Source: the human T2T-CHM13v2.0 reference genome, Homo sapiens
Length of the DNA: 64,000 nt
Assembly (NCBI RefSeq): GCF_009914755.1
Contig: NC_060927.1
Strand: one strand, 5' to 3'
In this document: piece after piece, positions 1 to 13,655 of the stretch
Layout: the number at the start of each line of letters is the position of its first letter
Position numbering within the stretch: the stretch's first letter is position 1
Translations under genes and position numbers: made by a program
Notes under the pieces: generated by a model
Seen by the model: the letters and a program-made list of their open reading frames with translations, nothing else
The model's database searches: none
What the model was told of the DNA's origin: nothing

Positions 1-650
1 TGAAGTAACTTACAGAATTGAAGAATAGAAGGAACTCCTTTCTACCCTTTGCCCAACTTCACCAATTAACATTTTGCCATATTTGTTGTATCACTCCCCC
101 TGTCAAAATAAATATCATCTTCCCCTAAAACATTTGAGAGTTCATTGTAGACATCACACCCACTTACCCCTAGTATTTCAGCATGCATTTCCTTAGAAAA
201 GGACATCCTTTTATATAAGATAAAATAGAACTGTATTTAATATCAATGTTTATTTTTCTACTATGTATAATTTACGTTCAGCTAAATATTCAAGTCCTAC
301 TTGTGTAATCACCACCCAGATGAAGGTATCAAATCCCAGCACCCCAGATGGCTCTCTCCTACTCTCTCCCCCTCAAAATCAACACCCCCCAAAATGCACT
401 ATTCTGACCTGTTATCTAATACATAGTTCATATGTAAATGTCTCCAGCTGTCTCGATAATGTCATTTGTACTACTCCCACTTCTCCTTACCCAGGGCCAG
501 TCTAGGACCAGGCATTACATTTAGTGTACACGCATGTATTATCTCTTTTAATCTAATACTGTTTTTTAGCCTTTCTTTCTCTTTCATAATATTGGCATTT
601 TGAAGAGTGCAGACCACTGGTTCTATAGAATGCCCTTGAACTTGTCACTG
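1..650 (-). mobile_element. Ancient L1 3' fragments (L1MC/L1ME-like), antisense
   Basis: AT-rich diverged sequence resembling antisense L1MC-type 3' UTR (ttacagaattgaagaatag...cattttgccatatttg; ttttgaagagtgcagaccactggttctatagaatg), with an L1ME-like piece at ~290-420. Confidence 0.6.
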
Positions 651-893
651 TATATACTCTTACCACCATCAGATTTGCAAATCCTCAGAAATGAAATGTT
701 TTCTCCCCACCACACTTTTGTTTGCACAAAACCCTCCACCTGGAATCCCCTTTCCTTTCTCTTTCACTGGGCAATTCCTACTCAACTTTCTCTGATACCC
801 TTTCTTATGGCCCCCTAGGACTAAGATGAAAGCCCCTCCTGTAGGCTTTTACCACCCAAGCTTGGCCCATCTGAGCATCTGTCAAACTCTATT

Positions 894-1017
894 GTGCACA
901 GTGGCTCACACCTGGAATCACAGCAACTTGGGAAGCTGAGGCAGGATGACTCCTTGAGCCCAGGAGTTTGAGACCAGCCTGAGCAACATAGCAAGACCTT
1001 GTCTCTAAAAAATAAAA
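894..1017 (+). mobile_element. Alu left monomer (FLAM-like)
   Basis: gtggctcacacctggaatcacagc...gagcccaggagtttgagaccagcctgagcaacatagcaagacc followed by an A-rich tail. Confidence 0.85.
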
Positions 1018-1319
1018 CATAGCTGTACTCTGCTGTCGTTGACCAGTGTCCCATCCAAGGCTCTCACTTCTGCCCAGTTCTGGCTCCCCCTAACAAGTTC
1101 AGCTCTGAAAGCCTGACATCATCTGCTACATGTCCAGGGTCCCTCTTTGAGTCATGGGTAACCTGGGGCATTGTAGAGTAGAGTACACCTGGTCTGTCAG
1201 GGGTGGCATGGCCTGTGTCACCAGCCAGTACTGGGGAAGCCCTCTGTAGATGGGGCCACCCTGCAGATGCCTGCAGACCACATGGAATACATGTGATCGT
1301 AACAACTACAGCAATAACA

Positions 1320-1885
1320 GCAATTTTAATAGTGAACGCATAGCACTTACTTGGTGCCATGTCTAAATTATTTACATATATTAAGTCACTACTGCTATGA
1401 GGCACACATTTCAATAGTGTGCACCTGGAATAATCTGAAGGCTCCTTCACGCACAAGCCTGGTGATTGATGCTGGCTGTTGCCTGAGGGCCTAGTAATGG
1501 CTATCAGCCGGAATGCCCAGATGTACCTCCCCATGTCGCCTCAGCTTCCTTAAAATATGGTGGCTGGGTTCCAAGAGTGAGTGTCCCCAGGTAGAGACAG
1601 AGAGCCAGAAAGACCCTAGATCATTTATGACTTAGCTTTGGAAGTCACATAGAATCACCTCTGCCACAGTCCTTTGGTCAGAGGAGTCACAAGCCCCCAC
1701 TCGTATTCAAGGAGAGGGGACACAGACACCCTCCTCTGGTGGGAGAAGTGGCAGCCACATTGTGAGAAGAGTCCGCGGGATGAGCTGTGACATCTTTGGA
1801 AGATGCAGTTGGCCACCACTTGTTAGTGAGGAAGCAGGGATTTGAACCTGCACGGCCAGGCCCCAGAGTCCATACTGTTAACCAG
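1320..1885 (-). mobile_element. MIR interrupted by an MLT1 (MaLR) LTR at ~1425-1820
   Basis: MIR-like halves (catagcacttacttggtgcc; gggatttgaacctg...ccagagtccatactgttaacc) flank MLT1-type sequence (gacttagctttggaagtcacatag...attcaaggagagggg). Confidence 0.65.
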
Positions 1886-2429
1886 CCTGCTGCACTTGCT
1901 CCAGAGCAGGTGAGGCCAGCAGCTGAGAACACTGAGCCTGGGACTAGCGCCCTTGCAGGGCCCCTTCTCTTGTCCACCCATCACTGTTTGAACCCCTTTC
2001 ATGGACATCCATCCCAGAGCCTCAGGCCCCACTCCAGCCCCTTCTAGAACCTCTCTTTTATCTTCTTTCCCAATAGGCCTTGGGAGCCATTGAAACCAGC
2101 GCCCAATCATCAGCTACCAGAAGCACAGTTCTGCTTTCCTTCCTTCTGGCACTCATGAGTTGAGATGATGTTTGCTGCACTTATCAGGGACAGCTTCCTG
2201 GAGGAGTGCTCAGTTTCCCAGCGAAAATGGGCTGAGTTTTTTTAATGTAATGAAGAAAGAGAACTTAAAATTATGGTTTCCATCTCAAGGCAGCTTGAGT
2301 AGCCATATTCTACACTACCTTCCTCCCTAAGCTCTTCAGGGCTTAGTCCACCCCGTTGCCGCACGACCTGTCAAGCAGTAGGTGTTTTATATATTTTATG
2401 AATGAATTAACAAAGAGAGCAAATACGTT

Positions 2430-2600
2430 TTGAAAGATTACTCTTTGCCAGGTACTATCTTATACACTGTATAGATACTAATTTAATCCTCACAAAGACT
2501 CTATGAGGTCGATCTAATTAGTAAACTCATTTTACAGGCAGAGAAATGGAAAGATTAAGTAATTTGTCCAAGATCACAGAGCTAGTAACTGGTAGAGTCA
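2430..2600 (-). mobile_element. MIR
   Basis: tttaatcctcacaaag...cattttacaggcagagaaatgg...attaagtaatttgtccaagatcacagagctagtaa, antisense MIR core. Confidence 0.75.
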
Positions 2601-2624
2601 ACCATACTACCCCTCTTGACAAGA

Positions 2625-2817
2625 TAGGAAAGAAGGAAGGAAGGAAGGGAGGAAGGGAGCGGGGTAGAGGGAGACAGGAAGAGAAGGGAAGGGGGAAAAC
2701 AGGAAGGAGGGAGGGAGGGAAGAAGGGAAGGAAGGAAGGAAGGAATGAAGGAAGGAAGGAAGGAACGAAGGAAGGAAAGAAGGAAGGAAGGAAGGAATGA
2801 AGGAAGGAAGGAAGGAA
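2625..2817 (+). repeat. Purine-rich tract ending in a (GGAA)n microsatellite
   Basis: 2726-2817 is an unbroken NGAA register of 23 units, 19 of them GGAA (runs of 5,4,2,4,4). Confidence 0.95.
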
Positions 2818-4274
2818 AAAAAGCATTATAATTCTTTATCACTAGCCAAGGCATCCTCTGTCAAAATGTGAATGTTGTTTCTTGAAAGGTCACTACAAAC
2901 TTTTCCCACCACAGTGCCCCATATTCCCACCTTTAAGTTCATGTCTTTGGACTAAGGTCACCAGATTACAAATGTCCTTCAACGAGGACAGCATCAGGTC
3001 CCAGGCCAATGCCCATGTATTCCATCTGTAAGTGGGTGCATGCTTTGTCAGAGGTCCGGAACTTTGGACCCTGAAACTGGCAAGTTTTGGGAGGTGGAGG
3101 GAAAGTAAAGTTAAAGAATATATGTCAATGCTTTGCAAAGAATATTATTTTTCTTTCTACCAGGAGGAGACATCACCTCAGAGGACAACCTAATAAAAAA
3201 AAATTCTTTCCAGGGAGGACTACAAGAAAAAGCAGGGTTTTCAGAGCCAGGTAAAGAGAATCCCCAAAGAAACCCTTCACCTAGATCACAGTATGGCCTG
3301 GGGCCTCCTGCATTCAGGCTAAGGCTGCTAAAGATTTTTTGATAAGAAAAAAACAAAGAAGAGATAGCAGAATTGTAGGAGACGATTAACTCAGGGGCAA
3401 AGTGACAAGGAGGAAAAGGAGGGTTAGGGTTAGGGTTGGCCATTAGTACTGGCAGTAGGTTACAGGAGGTTGGTCATTACTGATGGCCAAGCACTGGCCA
3501 TTAGTAACAAGGAGGCCTTGGCGAAAGTCTAGCATAGGATGAGAAACTTGGAGGCCGAAGGTTAAGTTGCCAAACCCGGGTGGTGCACTGAAACGTAGCC
3601 TAAGTGAATCAGGAAAGCCCCGACCTCTGAGTAATCCACATTAGGCAAGAGCACTCCTGAAAAGCTGTATGCGAATCCAATGCTGGTCAAGGGAGACATG
3701 GTGTACAGTCATGCATCGCTTCGTGAAAAGGCTATGCTCTGAGAAATGCATCATTGGGCAATTTCATCATTGTGCAAGCATTTCAGAGTGCACTTACACA
3801 AACCTAGGTGGGAGAGCCTCCTACACACCTAGGCTAGATGGTGTAGCCTGTTGCTCCTAGGCTACCAACCTGTACAGCACGTAACTGTCCTGAACGCTGC
3901 AGGCAATTGTAATACTGTGGTAAGTATTTGTGCATCTAAACACAGAAAAGGTACGGTAAAGACACTGTGTAAAAGATAAGAAATGATACACCTGTATAGG
4001 GGACTTACCATGAACGGAGCTTGCAGGACTGGAGGTTGCTCTGGGTGAGTCATTGAGTGAGTGGTGAGTGAATGCGAGGGCCTACGACATTACTGTACCC
4101 TACAGTAGACTTTATAGACACTGTACACTTAGGCTATACCAAATTTATTTTAAAATACACTTTTCTTTCTTCAATAATTAACCTTAGCTTACTGTAACTT
4201 TTTAATGTCATAAACTTTCTAATTTTTTTAAAGCTTTTTGACTCTTTTATAATAAGACTTCAAACACAAACACA

Positions 4275-4633
<359 letters not shown>

Positions 4634-4661
4634 CTATAAGCCTTTTTCTATTTAAAAATTA

Positions 4662-5125
<464 letters not shown>

Positions 5126-5299
5126 CAAACATACATGTTAGCCTAGGCCTGCACAGGGTCAGGACCATCAAGATGTCACTAGGTGATAGAAATTTTTCAG
5201 CTCTATTATAATCTTAGGAGACCACCATCGTATATGCAGTCTATCATTGACTGAAAAGTCGTTGTGTGGCACGTGACTGTATACTCAAAAACAGTAGAT

Positions 5300-5500
5300 A
5301 GCTGCATTGGTTTGGGTTTCCTGAGAAGCAGCCCTTGAGACCAGGATCTCAGTGCAGGTGGTTTATTTGGGAGGTGAAACAGAAATGAGTAAGGAAGTGG
5401 AGAAATGAGACAGGCAAGAGCAGGCAGTTAATAAAGAGTGAGAAGAGTGAGTTACCACCCCACTACCACTGCCAGCAACTGGGGCTTCATCTCACGGGGA
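5300..5500 (-). mobile_element. ERVL LTR16-like fragment
   Basis: ggtttgggtttcctgagaagcagcccttgagacc...gtttatttgggaggtga matches the antisense LTR16-type 3' end. Confidence 0.6.
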
Positions 5501-6994
5501 TTTTTGCAGGGGCAGGGAGCCTGTAAAGACCCCTAAATTCCTAAACACAGGGAATTCTGTAAACAAATGATAGGATATGCTCTCAACAGAAAATGATGAA
5601 AAAACAAAAATAGATAATTTAATAAAAATTATTTATAAGCAATTTTTCACTGTAAACAAAACTTTTACTTATCTGTTCTTCCTCAGATTTCTCCATAGTG
5701 AGCACCCACAGATGACTTGTTTGATAAAAATGATAGACATTCCAAAAAACAAAACCAAAAAAGTACAACTCTAAAATATTTTAGGAGAATTTGCTAGGTA
5801 AAAAAAATGCTAAGGCAAATCCTGAAAAACAATGCTCCCCTCCAATAAGGGCCTCTTGGTTCCCTAGCTTGTCTTTGATATGAAAATGCAATTTTAAAAG
5901 AGGGGTGGAATATTTCCACATAGACAGCTGGCTGAGAGCCAGATGCACCTCTGCCTGATACCAAAGGAAGCCAGGTGTTTGCTGATGCCTGTGGAATCCA
6001 GGCACACACCCCCTGGCCACATCTTGTCATCCCAAGATGAGGCACTGCTCCTCAGTGCACCCCAGTCTGCGTGCAGCATCTGAAAAGTCAGGCTGGGGCC
6101 ATTTGGCCCTGCCCTTCCCATCAGGCCCGCGGCCTTAGCAAGCTGGAGCCTGTTTGCCTAGACCTAGTGGAGTGGAGGCCTCTGCTGAGAGATCTGGAAG
6201 ATCCTGTTGGGCAGGACCAACTTGATGGATGACCTGCTCATTGCCAAAGGAAGGCGGGGTGAGGGTGCAGATTCTCCTCCCCGAGACACCAAAACGTGCC
6301 CCAGGGGACCTTAGAAAATAACTGCTCTTCTCTCATACAGGGGCACAGAGTTGCTTCCTGTCAGATGGCAAATGGTAATCATGGTGGCTTTAAATATTCC
6401 CGCACAGCCTGGGGTGCCTGAAAGCATTTCAGAATCATGATGGGCAAAGCTGGAGGATACATTTTCCTTTCTTGTGCACCAGGTACGAAGACTCTCAGCT
6501 CCAGGCACAGCAGGAAAGTATGCCAAGTGCCTCTTGGCACTTCTCCTGGAAGCGTAAGGGGTCCCCTCCTTCATTCAGGCACCAACCTCCTTGCTCCCCA
6601 CCCGCTAACTCTGCTATGGCCAGCCCAAACTTATCTTCTCTCCTGTTCACCCATACATCATCTTCCCTTCCTCTGAAAAACATTCCATCAAAGTTCACAT
6701 TGCTCATTGCCTAGGGTTCAGCTTAATATTCATGGAGAAAATGATCTAATCAAACTACGTATTAACGAATAAGAACACCTTAATGTACTCAGCCAAAGGT
6801 ATGAATCTCAAACAGCTGAATTTTACCATTTGGTGGCAGGCCAGTGAGCAGAGGCTTGTTTTGCTGAATGCCTTCCTAAAAAAAATCCCAAACCAGAACA
6901 CCTAGCAACTGGAAATTGGCACTGCCCACCATAATTTCATAGGGAATATAATCTGTTAGAATGTTAAGGGAACTTGAAGACTACATCATAAAAA

Positions 6995-7200
6995 TAGTAA
7001 ACATGATTTGAGTAATTTTTATGCTGTACAAATTATCTTTTTTTAATCCATGCAATAGATATTCTCACCCCATTTTATAGATGCAGAAGCTGTGGCTTAG
7101 AGAGGTTAAGTAACCTTCCTATGACCACACTGCAACGGAGGAAGTTGAGATCTGAACCCTGAAAGCCTGGCTTTAGTTTGAACTCTTCTATGCATTACTG
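6995..7200 (-). mobile_element. MIR
   Basis: ccccattttatagatgcagaagctgtggcttagagaggttaagtaacc core. Confidence 0.75.
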
Positions 7201-7605
7201 TCTTCCACTTCTTTTTGCAGCCTAGAACACTGAGATTGTATGAGGATTGGAGATACAGAGACTGATGAGTGAATGAGCAAGGCCAGAATCTTCCTACTTC
7301 TTGGCACTAGTTCTCTTTTATCAGAAAACAGGAAGTGCAATTCTATGAGTCACAGAGGTCAGAAGCAGGTAGGGAGAGCCTGACAATTACTTCTAACTAA
7401 TTGGTATTCAATGTCTTTTAACCATGGCAACCTTTGTTCAAGTGAGATCTTACTTGGAAGTCCAATATATTCTGCAGATAAAAGTGAGTTCCTCGGGTTA
7501 AAGGTGCGAGAGGATAGCCCAAACTTTAATCTTGAACCTACAGTGGCCCCTGTGGCTTTTCCATGGAAGCCCTAGGCCTTGAGAAGCAGATCTGGAAAAT
7601 CACTC

Positions 7606-8128
7606 CTTGTTGTTGATTGCAAAAATTGCCAAAATGCATTGCAGCTTCTCCCATCAAGAGGCAGAGCTATTTTCTCTACTCCCAGAACTGGGGTGGGCCT
7701 TGTGACTTGCTTTGACAGAATGCAGCAAAAGTGACATGGCGCCAGTTCTCAGTTGACGCCTCAAGAGACTTCATGCTCTTCTGTGCTTGCTCTTGGAACC
7801 CTTCCACCACCAAGTGAGCAAGCCCAGGTTGGCCTGCTGGACGGTGACAACCTCAGTCATCTCAGCCCAGCTCTCATTGTGCGAGAGCAGGATGGCCTGC
7901 TGGATGGCGACAGCCCCAGTCATCTCAGCTGAGACCGTCGCAAGCCAACCTGGCAGCTGATCATGCCCATCTGAGACCAGACCAGCCCAGTACAGACCCA
8001 AAGGACTGCCTGGCTGAGGCTGGCCAAATTGCTGACCTACACAATTGTGAGCTAAAGGTGAGTAAATGATGTTTTAAGCTATCAAGTTTTGGAGTCATTT
8101 GCTTTGCAGCAATAACTAATGGATATAG
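7606..8128 (+). mobile_element. MLT1 (MLT1G/H-like) solo LTR
   Basis: ccttgtgacttgctttgacagaatgcagcaaaagtgac...tgttttaagctatcaagttttggagtcatttgctttgcagcaataactaatggatata. Confidence 0.75.
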
Positions 8129-9149
8129 TTCCCTAATAGAAGAATCTCAAAATGACACCAAGGTCTTCCCCTCCGGTCTCCAAATGTGGAGGAATGGCAC
8201 AGCAAGGAGTCCCTCCCCAGACATCCCCTATCCCCAATCCTAACCCAAGGCCCCCAAATCCACCTCTGCCTTAGGATGTAATGGGCAAAGGAGAGGCATC
8301 CCCAGCTGCCCTTATTCCAAACAGAATGACAATCACAGAGGGGAAATGAAAGACTCCTTTACATGATCCTACAAGAGCCAAACTTCCATCTAAAGAATTC
8401 AGTTGGAAATCCACTTGTGTGCAGCTGTTTCCTGCAAGTGCTTCAAGGCTTGTGGCATCCTCAAAGCCAGGGGTTGGGGGAGAAGCAGAAGGAAGAAGGG
8501 GAGAGGGCCTTAAAGGTTAAACCTGGCACATTAAAGCTGCTCAGAAAACACCAAAAAAATGTAAATGAACATTTTTAGCTGCAGTGGGAGAAAGGCAGCC
8601 CCGAGGCCGGGGGTTGATCTTTCAGAGTATCGGGCACACCGCAAAGCTGTCTCCATTTATTTACTTCTAATTGAAAGCTGGCGTGCTGAGGGTTACTCCA
8701 CCCAGGCGTGAAGCGTAGCCATCCGTGAAAGATTTCCCAAGACCTCTCCCTCTGCAGAAGCATCCTTCATGTGCTTGAAAGGGAAAATGTCAAGGGGGCA
8801 CTAAATTAAAACTCAGTTTTGTCTTTGAAAAATAGATTCAATCCTCAGTAGGACTTGGTTGGAGAGATACTAGCATTAGCATAATTTCTCAATGCATTTT
8901 ATAGGCCAGTCAGAAAAAAAGGATATTCAGAAAATCTACCAGGAAAAAAAAAAAAGGTTTCATGGGGGGCCACACATGCTATTTTTCACAGAGAGAGACT
9001 CCTGGGACTCGTGGTTGACAATGGGTGGTTTTCTCGGTGAAATTTTACCTCTTCAGGGATGGTTTCAACACAATTGGTCAGCTGGTGGTAAATGCCATCC
9101 AAGAAAAATAAGTTGGCTGGCTTTCATGACTGTCATCCATATCCAAGTT

Positions 9150-9320
9150 CATTAGTTCACTCACTCATTCACTCCCTTCATGGATTCAGCAAACACTTAT
9201 TGAGTCCCTGTGACGTGCGAGGCCCCGTGCTGGCTACTGGGCATACAACGGTGCCCATGACAGCCCACTCAACGCCTACAGTCTACCGGGAACGAGAGAC
9301 AAGCCAGCGTGTTAAGAGAG
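9150..9320 (-). mobile_element. L2 3' end
   Basis: ttcactcactcattcac...cagcaaacacttattgagtccctg...gtgctggctactggg. Confidence 0.65.
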
Positions 9321-9689
9321 TCCTCCATCTATGTGAGAGTACCCTCTGGAAAGCCTTCTGTGAGTCAGTTTTGCACATAAGCCAGATGGATTAAAACTCT
9401 GGCCCATTCAGTGGGTGCCCGTCAAGCAGCATTGGAAACATGTGAGCTTGCATGTGGCTGCCTACTTTGCTTCCTGCCTTTCTTCTTAGGCAAACTTTAT
9501 CAATAGTGAATAAAGACTGGAGTCGGGCAGACATCCATCCAAATGCAGCCTCCATCTTACTATTGATACAGTCTCGGGCAAGACACCTGACTCTCAGAGC
9601 CTCATGTTGCTCATTGGTAAAACGAGGACAACAGCAGTCCTATGGCAGAAACCACCTGCCTCATCTTAATTTCCCTTTTTTTTTTAAGG

Positions 9690-10143
9690 AACAGAACCTT
9701 GGCATTACTAAGCACTGCAGTGAGCCTGGCCAAGAGACTACCTTGACCAGCCCACCTCATGGCTAGGTATGGCCATGAGAGCAATCTCTGGCCCATGAGA
9801 TATAAGCAGAGTTGTTGGGTGGGATTTCTGAGAAAGTGTCATAAGGTGGGATTTGTTAAGCTGGCACTTAAAACAATTTTTTTGGCCTTCCTCCCTTCCT
9901 TCATAGTCAGAAATGTAGACATAATGGCTGGAGCTACAGCAGCCACATTGGAGCATGAGGTAACCTTGAAGATGGAACACCTGCACTATAAAACAAAAAG
10001 AGCACAAGACTGTGATGACCACAGAGCTACTATTAAGCCCATGGCTACCAAGCTCCCGGCTTTTTGTGTGTGTGAGAAAAATTATCTTTTGAATCATTGT
10101 TATTCCTGGTTTCTTTCTAAAAACTAAAGGCAATTCCTAATAC
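9690..10143 (+). mobile_element. MLT1 (J/K-like) LTR inserted in a MIR (9510-9630, 10150-10230)
   Basis: atggctggagctacagcagccacattggagcatgaggtaacc...caattcctaataca; flanking MIR halves. Confidence 0.65.
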
Positions 10144-10275
10144 AAGTAGTCATACATGTTACTGTGGTCGTTGAATGAGGTCATTCATGTAAAGTGCTTA
10201 GCCCAGCACCTGGCCCACAGTGAGCACTTAGGGCAGAAGAGTTCACATTGTTCTTATGCACATGAAATATTTACA

Positions 10276-10972
10276 TCGTCTTAGTCAGCTCGGGCTGCTG
10301 TAACAAAATACCATAGACTAGGTGGCTTAGGCAATAGATATTTATTTCTCACAGTTCTTAAGGCTGTGAAGTCCAAGACCAGGGCGCTGGCCCATTTGGT
10401 TCCCTGGTGAGAGGTCTCTTCCTAACCTGCAGATAGCCACCTTCTCACTGTGTGCTCACATGGTGGAGAGAAAGGGAAAGAACTCTGCTCCCTTTTCCTA
10501 TTCGTAAAAGGACACTCATTGCATCAGGGGGACCCCACTCTCATGACCTCATCTAAATCTAATCACAGTCGGGCACAGTGGCTCATGTCTGTAATCCCAG
10601 AACTCTGGGAAGCCAAGGCAGGAAGATTGCTTGAGCCCAGGAGTTTGAGACCAGCCTGGGCAACATGGCAAACCCCATCTCTATCAAAAAATTCAAAATT
10701 AGCCAGGTGTGGTGGCACCATGCCTGTGGTCCCAGCTACTCAGGAGGCTGAGATGGGAGGATCACCTGAGCCCAGGGAGGTCAAGGCTGCAGTGAGCTAT
10801 GATTGCACCACTGCACTCCAGCCACAAAATGAGAGACTGTCTCAAAAATCAAACAAATAAATAAAATAAATCTAATCACCTCCCAAAGGCCCCACATCAA
10901 AATATCATCATTTTGGAGGTTAGGACTGCAATGTATGAACTTAGGGGAAATACAGACTTTCAATCTACAACA
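10276..10972 (-). mobile_element. MLT1A/A0-like solo LTR interrupted by an Alu
   Basis: gtcttagtcagctcgggctgctgtaacaaaataccatagactaggtggctta...ctcccaaaggccccacatc...caatctacaaca. Confidence 0.8.
10567..10866 (+). mobile_element. AluJ-like element
   Basis: Dimer with exact 13-bp TSD taaatctaatcac (10554-10566, 10867-10879). Confidence 0.95.
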
Positions 10973-11379
10973 TCCATGGACCCTACCAAAAGGGTGTATC
11001 TGAGTTTGCTTAATTTACATTAGTACAAGTGGGAAACCTCCTGGGTTATAGTTGAGTCCTGAGGGTTATGATAAGGGGAGATGAGAATCCTGGAGGACTA
11101 AGAGTGTAATGTGATGACTGGGCATTGGAGATTGTGCCCATAACCCATTCTTTCTGGCGGCACTTCAATGGGAGGGTCAGTCATTCATCAAAGCCATTCC
11201 TAACTCATGAAAGTAAAACCACAACATCTGATTAAGAAAAGAAGACCTCGAACTATGAAATTGATGGTCGAACCACATATCCATGATGCATGTGATTTTT
11301 TGCTTTGTAAATAACAAAATAACTACAGTAGGGACTGCATTGAGTGTGTTCCAGGCACTGTCCTGGGTCTTGTCGAGGG

Positions 11380-11797
11380 AGTGAATCAGTCAGCAGCCAG
11401 CAGAAGCAGAGGGGTGCACTCGAATTGGGAGCTTTGAGAACGGCTCAATAGAGAGACCATTTGCAAAGGTGTGGGTGAGACGTAGAGAAAACACAGGTGA
11501 CAGTGGAGCTGACAGCCTCTGGGACTGAAGCAACAAGGAGACAAAGCCTTTACCAGGGCCTTTGGAGAGGGCTCCCCACCAGGAGCTAGGGCCTTTGGTG
11601 ACAAGACATGGCCAGCTCACGCTGACCCCAGCAGAGTCACCGCTCTCCTGCTCCAGCCTCATGTTTTTCATAGGCTGAAACCTACCAGAACCAGAGGGCA
11701 GTGGAGCCCCGTGACCACAACCCACCTGAGTCAGATCAGCCTCCCAGACACTGAGCAGGGTCAAAAAAAGTGGAGAGTGACTGGGTAGGGGGAGCAT
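11380..11797 (-). mobile_element. LTR33 (ERVL) inserted in a MIR
   Basis: ccagagggcagtggagccc...cagcctcccagacactgagcaggg...gtggagagtg is antisense LTR33; MIR continues at 11800-11895. Confidence 0.65.
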
Positions 11798-12524
11798 AGG
11801 GCTTTATTCACTTAATCCTCAACAACTACCTTATGAATTAGGTACCATTATTACCCCCCCTTTTACAAATGGGGAAACTGAGGCCCAGAGAGAGCCATGA
11901 AACCATTTACATATTTAAAATATATAAATTTGTAAAGAAGTACTGCTTAGATCCTCTAAAATGAGATGATTTCCTGTTACCCAAATTATTGGAAGTAAGC
12001 TATTTCTATTGAGTTGTAAATACAAATCTATATTAGAGTTTAAGATACATGACAGCTCATGCCCCCATGAGGTGCATATTCTGATGATTTCAGTTTTACT
12101 GTTGAAGAACCAGAGGTTTAATGAGGTTGAACTAGTTGACTTCTAGGATCCTTTGAAATCAGAATAGACTCTAATGCAGTCACTACTTTAACCATTACTT
12201 TTGATTTGTAAAAACAGAACTATAAAAAGTCCCCACCACTAACAACAAAAATTTGTGCTGAAATAACAAAACTCTTTCCATTGAAATTTACCACTGCAGT
12301 AAATCCTTCCACTGAGTGACACTAAGGTGATTGACATCAGTGAGAATAGCACCAGCAATCGAAAATCAGGGGCAAATATGTTCTGCCCCTCTTAACTGTA
12401 TTCCTGGCCATCACGCCTAAAACTCCCACTTTCATCCCTCCTCTGCATTCTAAGACTGAAGTTTCTAGGAGAAAAAGAAAAGGTTTTCCTGAAGCAATGA
12501 TATCTCACAGGGTTATGGGCCGTG

Positions 12525-13050
12525 GTATTAGTTGAGATTCTGCCCAGAACAAACTGAAGGAAATCCAACTCAGACTGGCTAAAGCTAAAAAGGCAATCTG
12601 TTAGCTCATGTCCTAGGATAAGGCTGGCTTCAGGTATCCATTGATTCAGGGCTCAAAGGGTGTCACCAGGAACCAGCTTCCCTCTCTGTGTCTTGACAGT
12701 ACTCGCTTGATGTTGGCCTCATTCTAAGCCTCATGTAGTTGCCAAGTGGTTGCCAACAGCTCCTTGGACCACACTCCATCCAGCATCATATCCAGCAGAA
12801 AAGCAGGATTGTACTGCTTCAGTAATTCAAATGAAAATCCTAGCATTAAGTCTCTTGGGCCCTGATTGGCATGGTGTGGATCACAGGGCTACTATGGCCA
12901 AGGGAATGGAATATCCCAGTGGGGGCAGGGTTTGACCCTCTCCTACACCACAAGGACTGAAACTGGAAAAGGGATGATCCTATAGAAGCACGAGGGCTGC
13001 TGCCAAAAGAATGGAGAAAGGATGCTGGGGAAAAAACAGCCCACGTCTGC
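12525..13050 (-). mobile_element. MLT1 (K/L-like) LTR
   Basis: aaatccaactcagactggc...ggctggcttcaggtatcc...ggatgctggggaaaaaaacagccc. Confidence 0.6.
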
Positions 13051-13499
13051 CATAGTCATCAATATCTTATCAACAGTCATCAATACCAGAAATATGGACC
13101 AGGGAACCTCCACAGCCCAGAAACTGGCTACAGGAATCCCAAAGTTCTCCAAGCCACAGAATTTGGGGACTTGTCAGTAATCTCCTCCCACTCACCTCCC
13201 CCAGCTGTTTCCACCTATCCCGACCTTTTTAATTTGGAGAAGGGGCTACAAAGGTGGAAAATGTGCCTCCCAACACAATCCCCTTCAGTTTTCCACTCTG
13301 TTCTTAGAGGATTCCTCCCCTTGTCCCTTGCATCTGAGCTTGAATATGATGCTTTCCCTGAAGCCATCTCTAATAAAATCCATACCTTCCCACCTTCCCC
13401 AAGAGTCAAAAGTCCCTCTTTTATGTACTCACAAAATTTGTACACACATCATATTGAAAGTATTTGCACACCTGTCCCTTATATTCCGTACTCACACAT

Positions 13500-13655
13500 G
13501 CTCACTCCACTCACACCTAACCAGATTAGAAGCTGTTTGAGGACAGAGGTTTGCTTTCGTTCTTCTCTGAGCCCCTAATGTGCAGCATAACATCAGGGAT
13601 AGTATTCAGGAATGAATGACTGAGTGAATGAATGAATGAATGAATGAATGAATGA
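13500..13655 (+). mobile_element. L2 3' end with expanded (TGAA)n tail
   Basis: ccagattagaagctgtttgaggacagagg followed by gaatgaatgaatgaatgaatgaatgaatgaa. Confidence 0.75.

Noticed and set aside
2527-2854. Hydrophobic or K/E/G/R-rich ORFs (also at 50678-51121)
   Set aside because: Translations of GGAA/TTCC microsatellites.
3421-3439. Telomere-like GGGTTAGGGTTAGGGTTGG
   Set aside because: Fewer than three full units and only three G3 tracts; too short for an interstitial telomeric site or a canonical G-quadruplex.
3669-4053. ORFs in Tigger3 as a possible transposase
   Set aside because: The element is an internally deleted non-autonomous copy; the ORFs are 63 aa with no DDE or HTH motifs.
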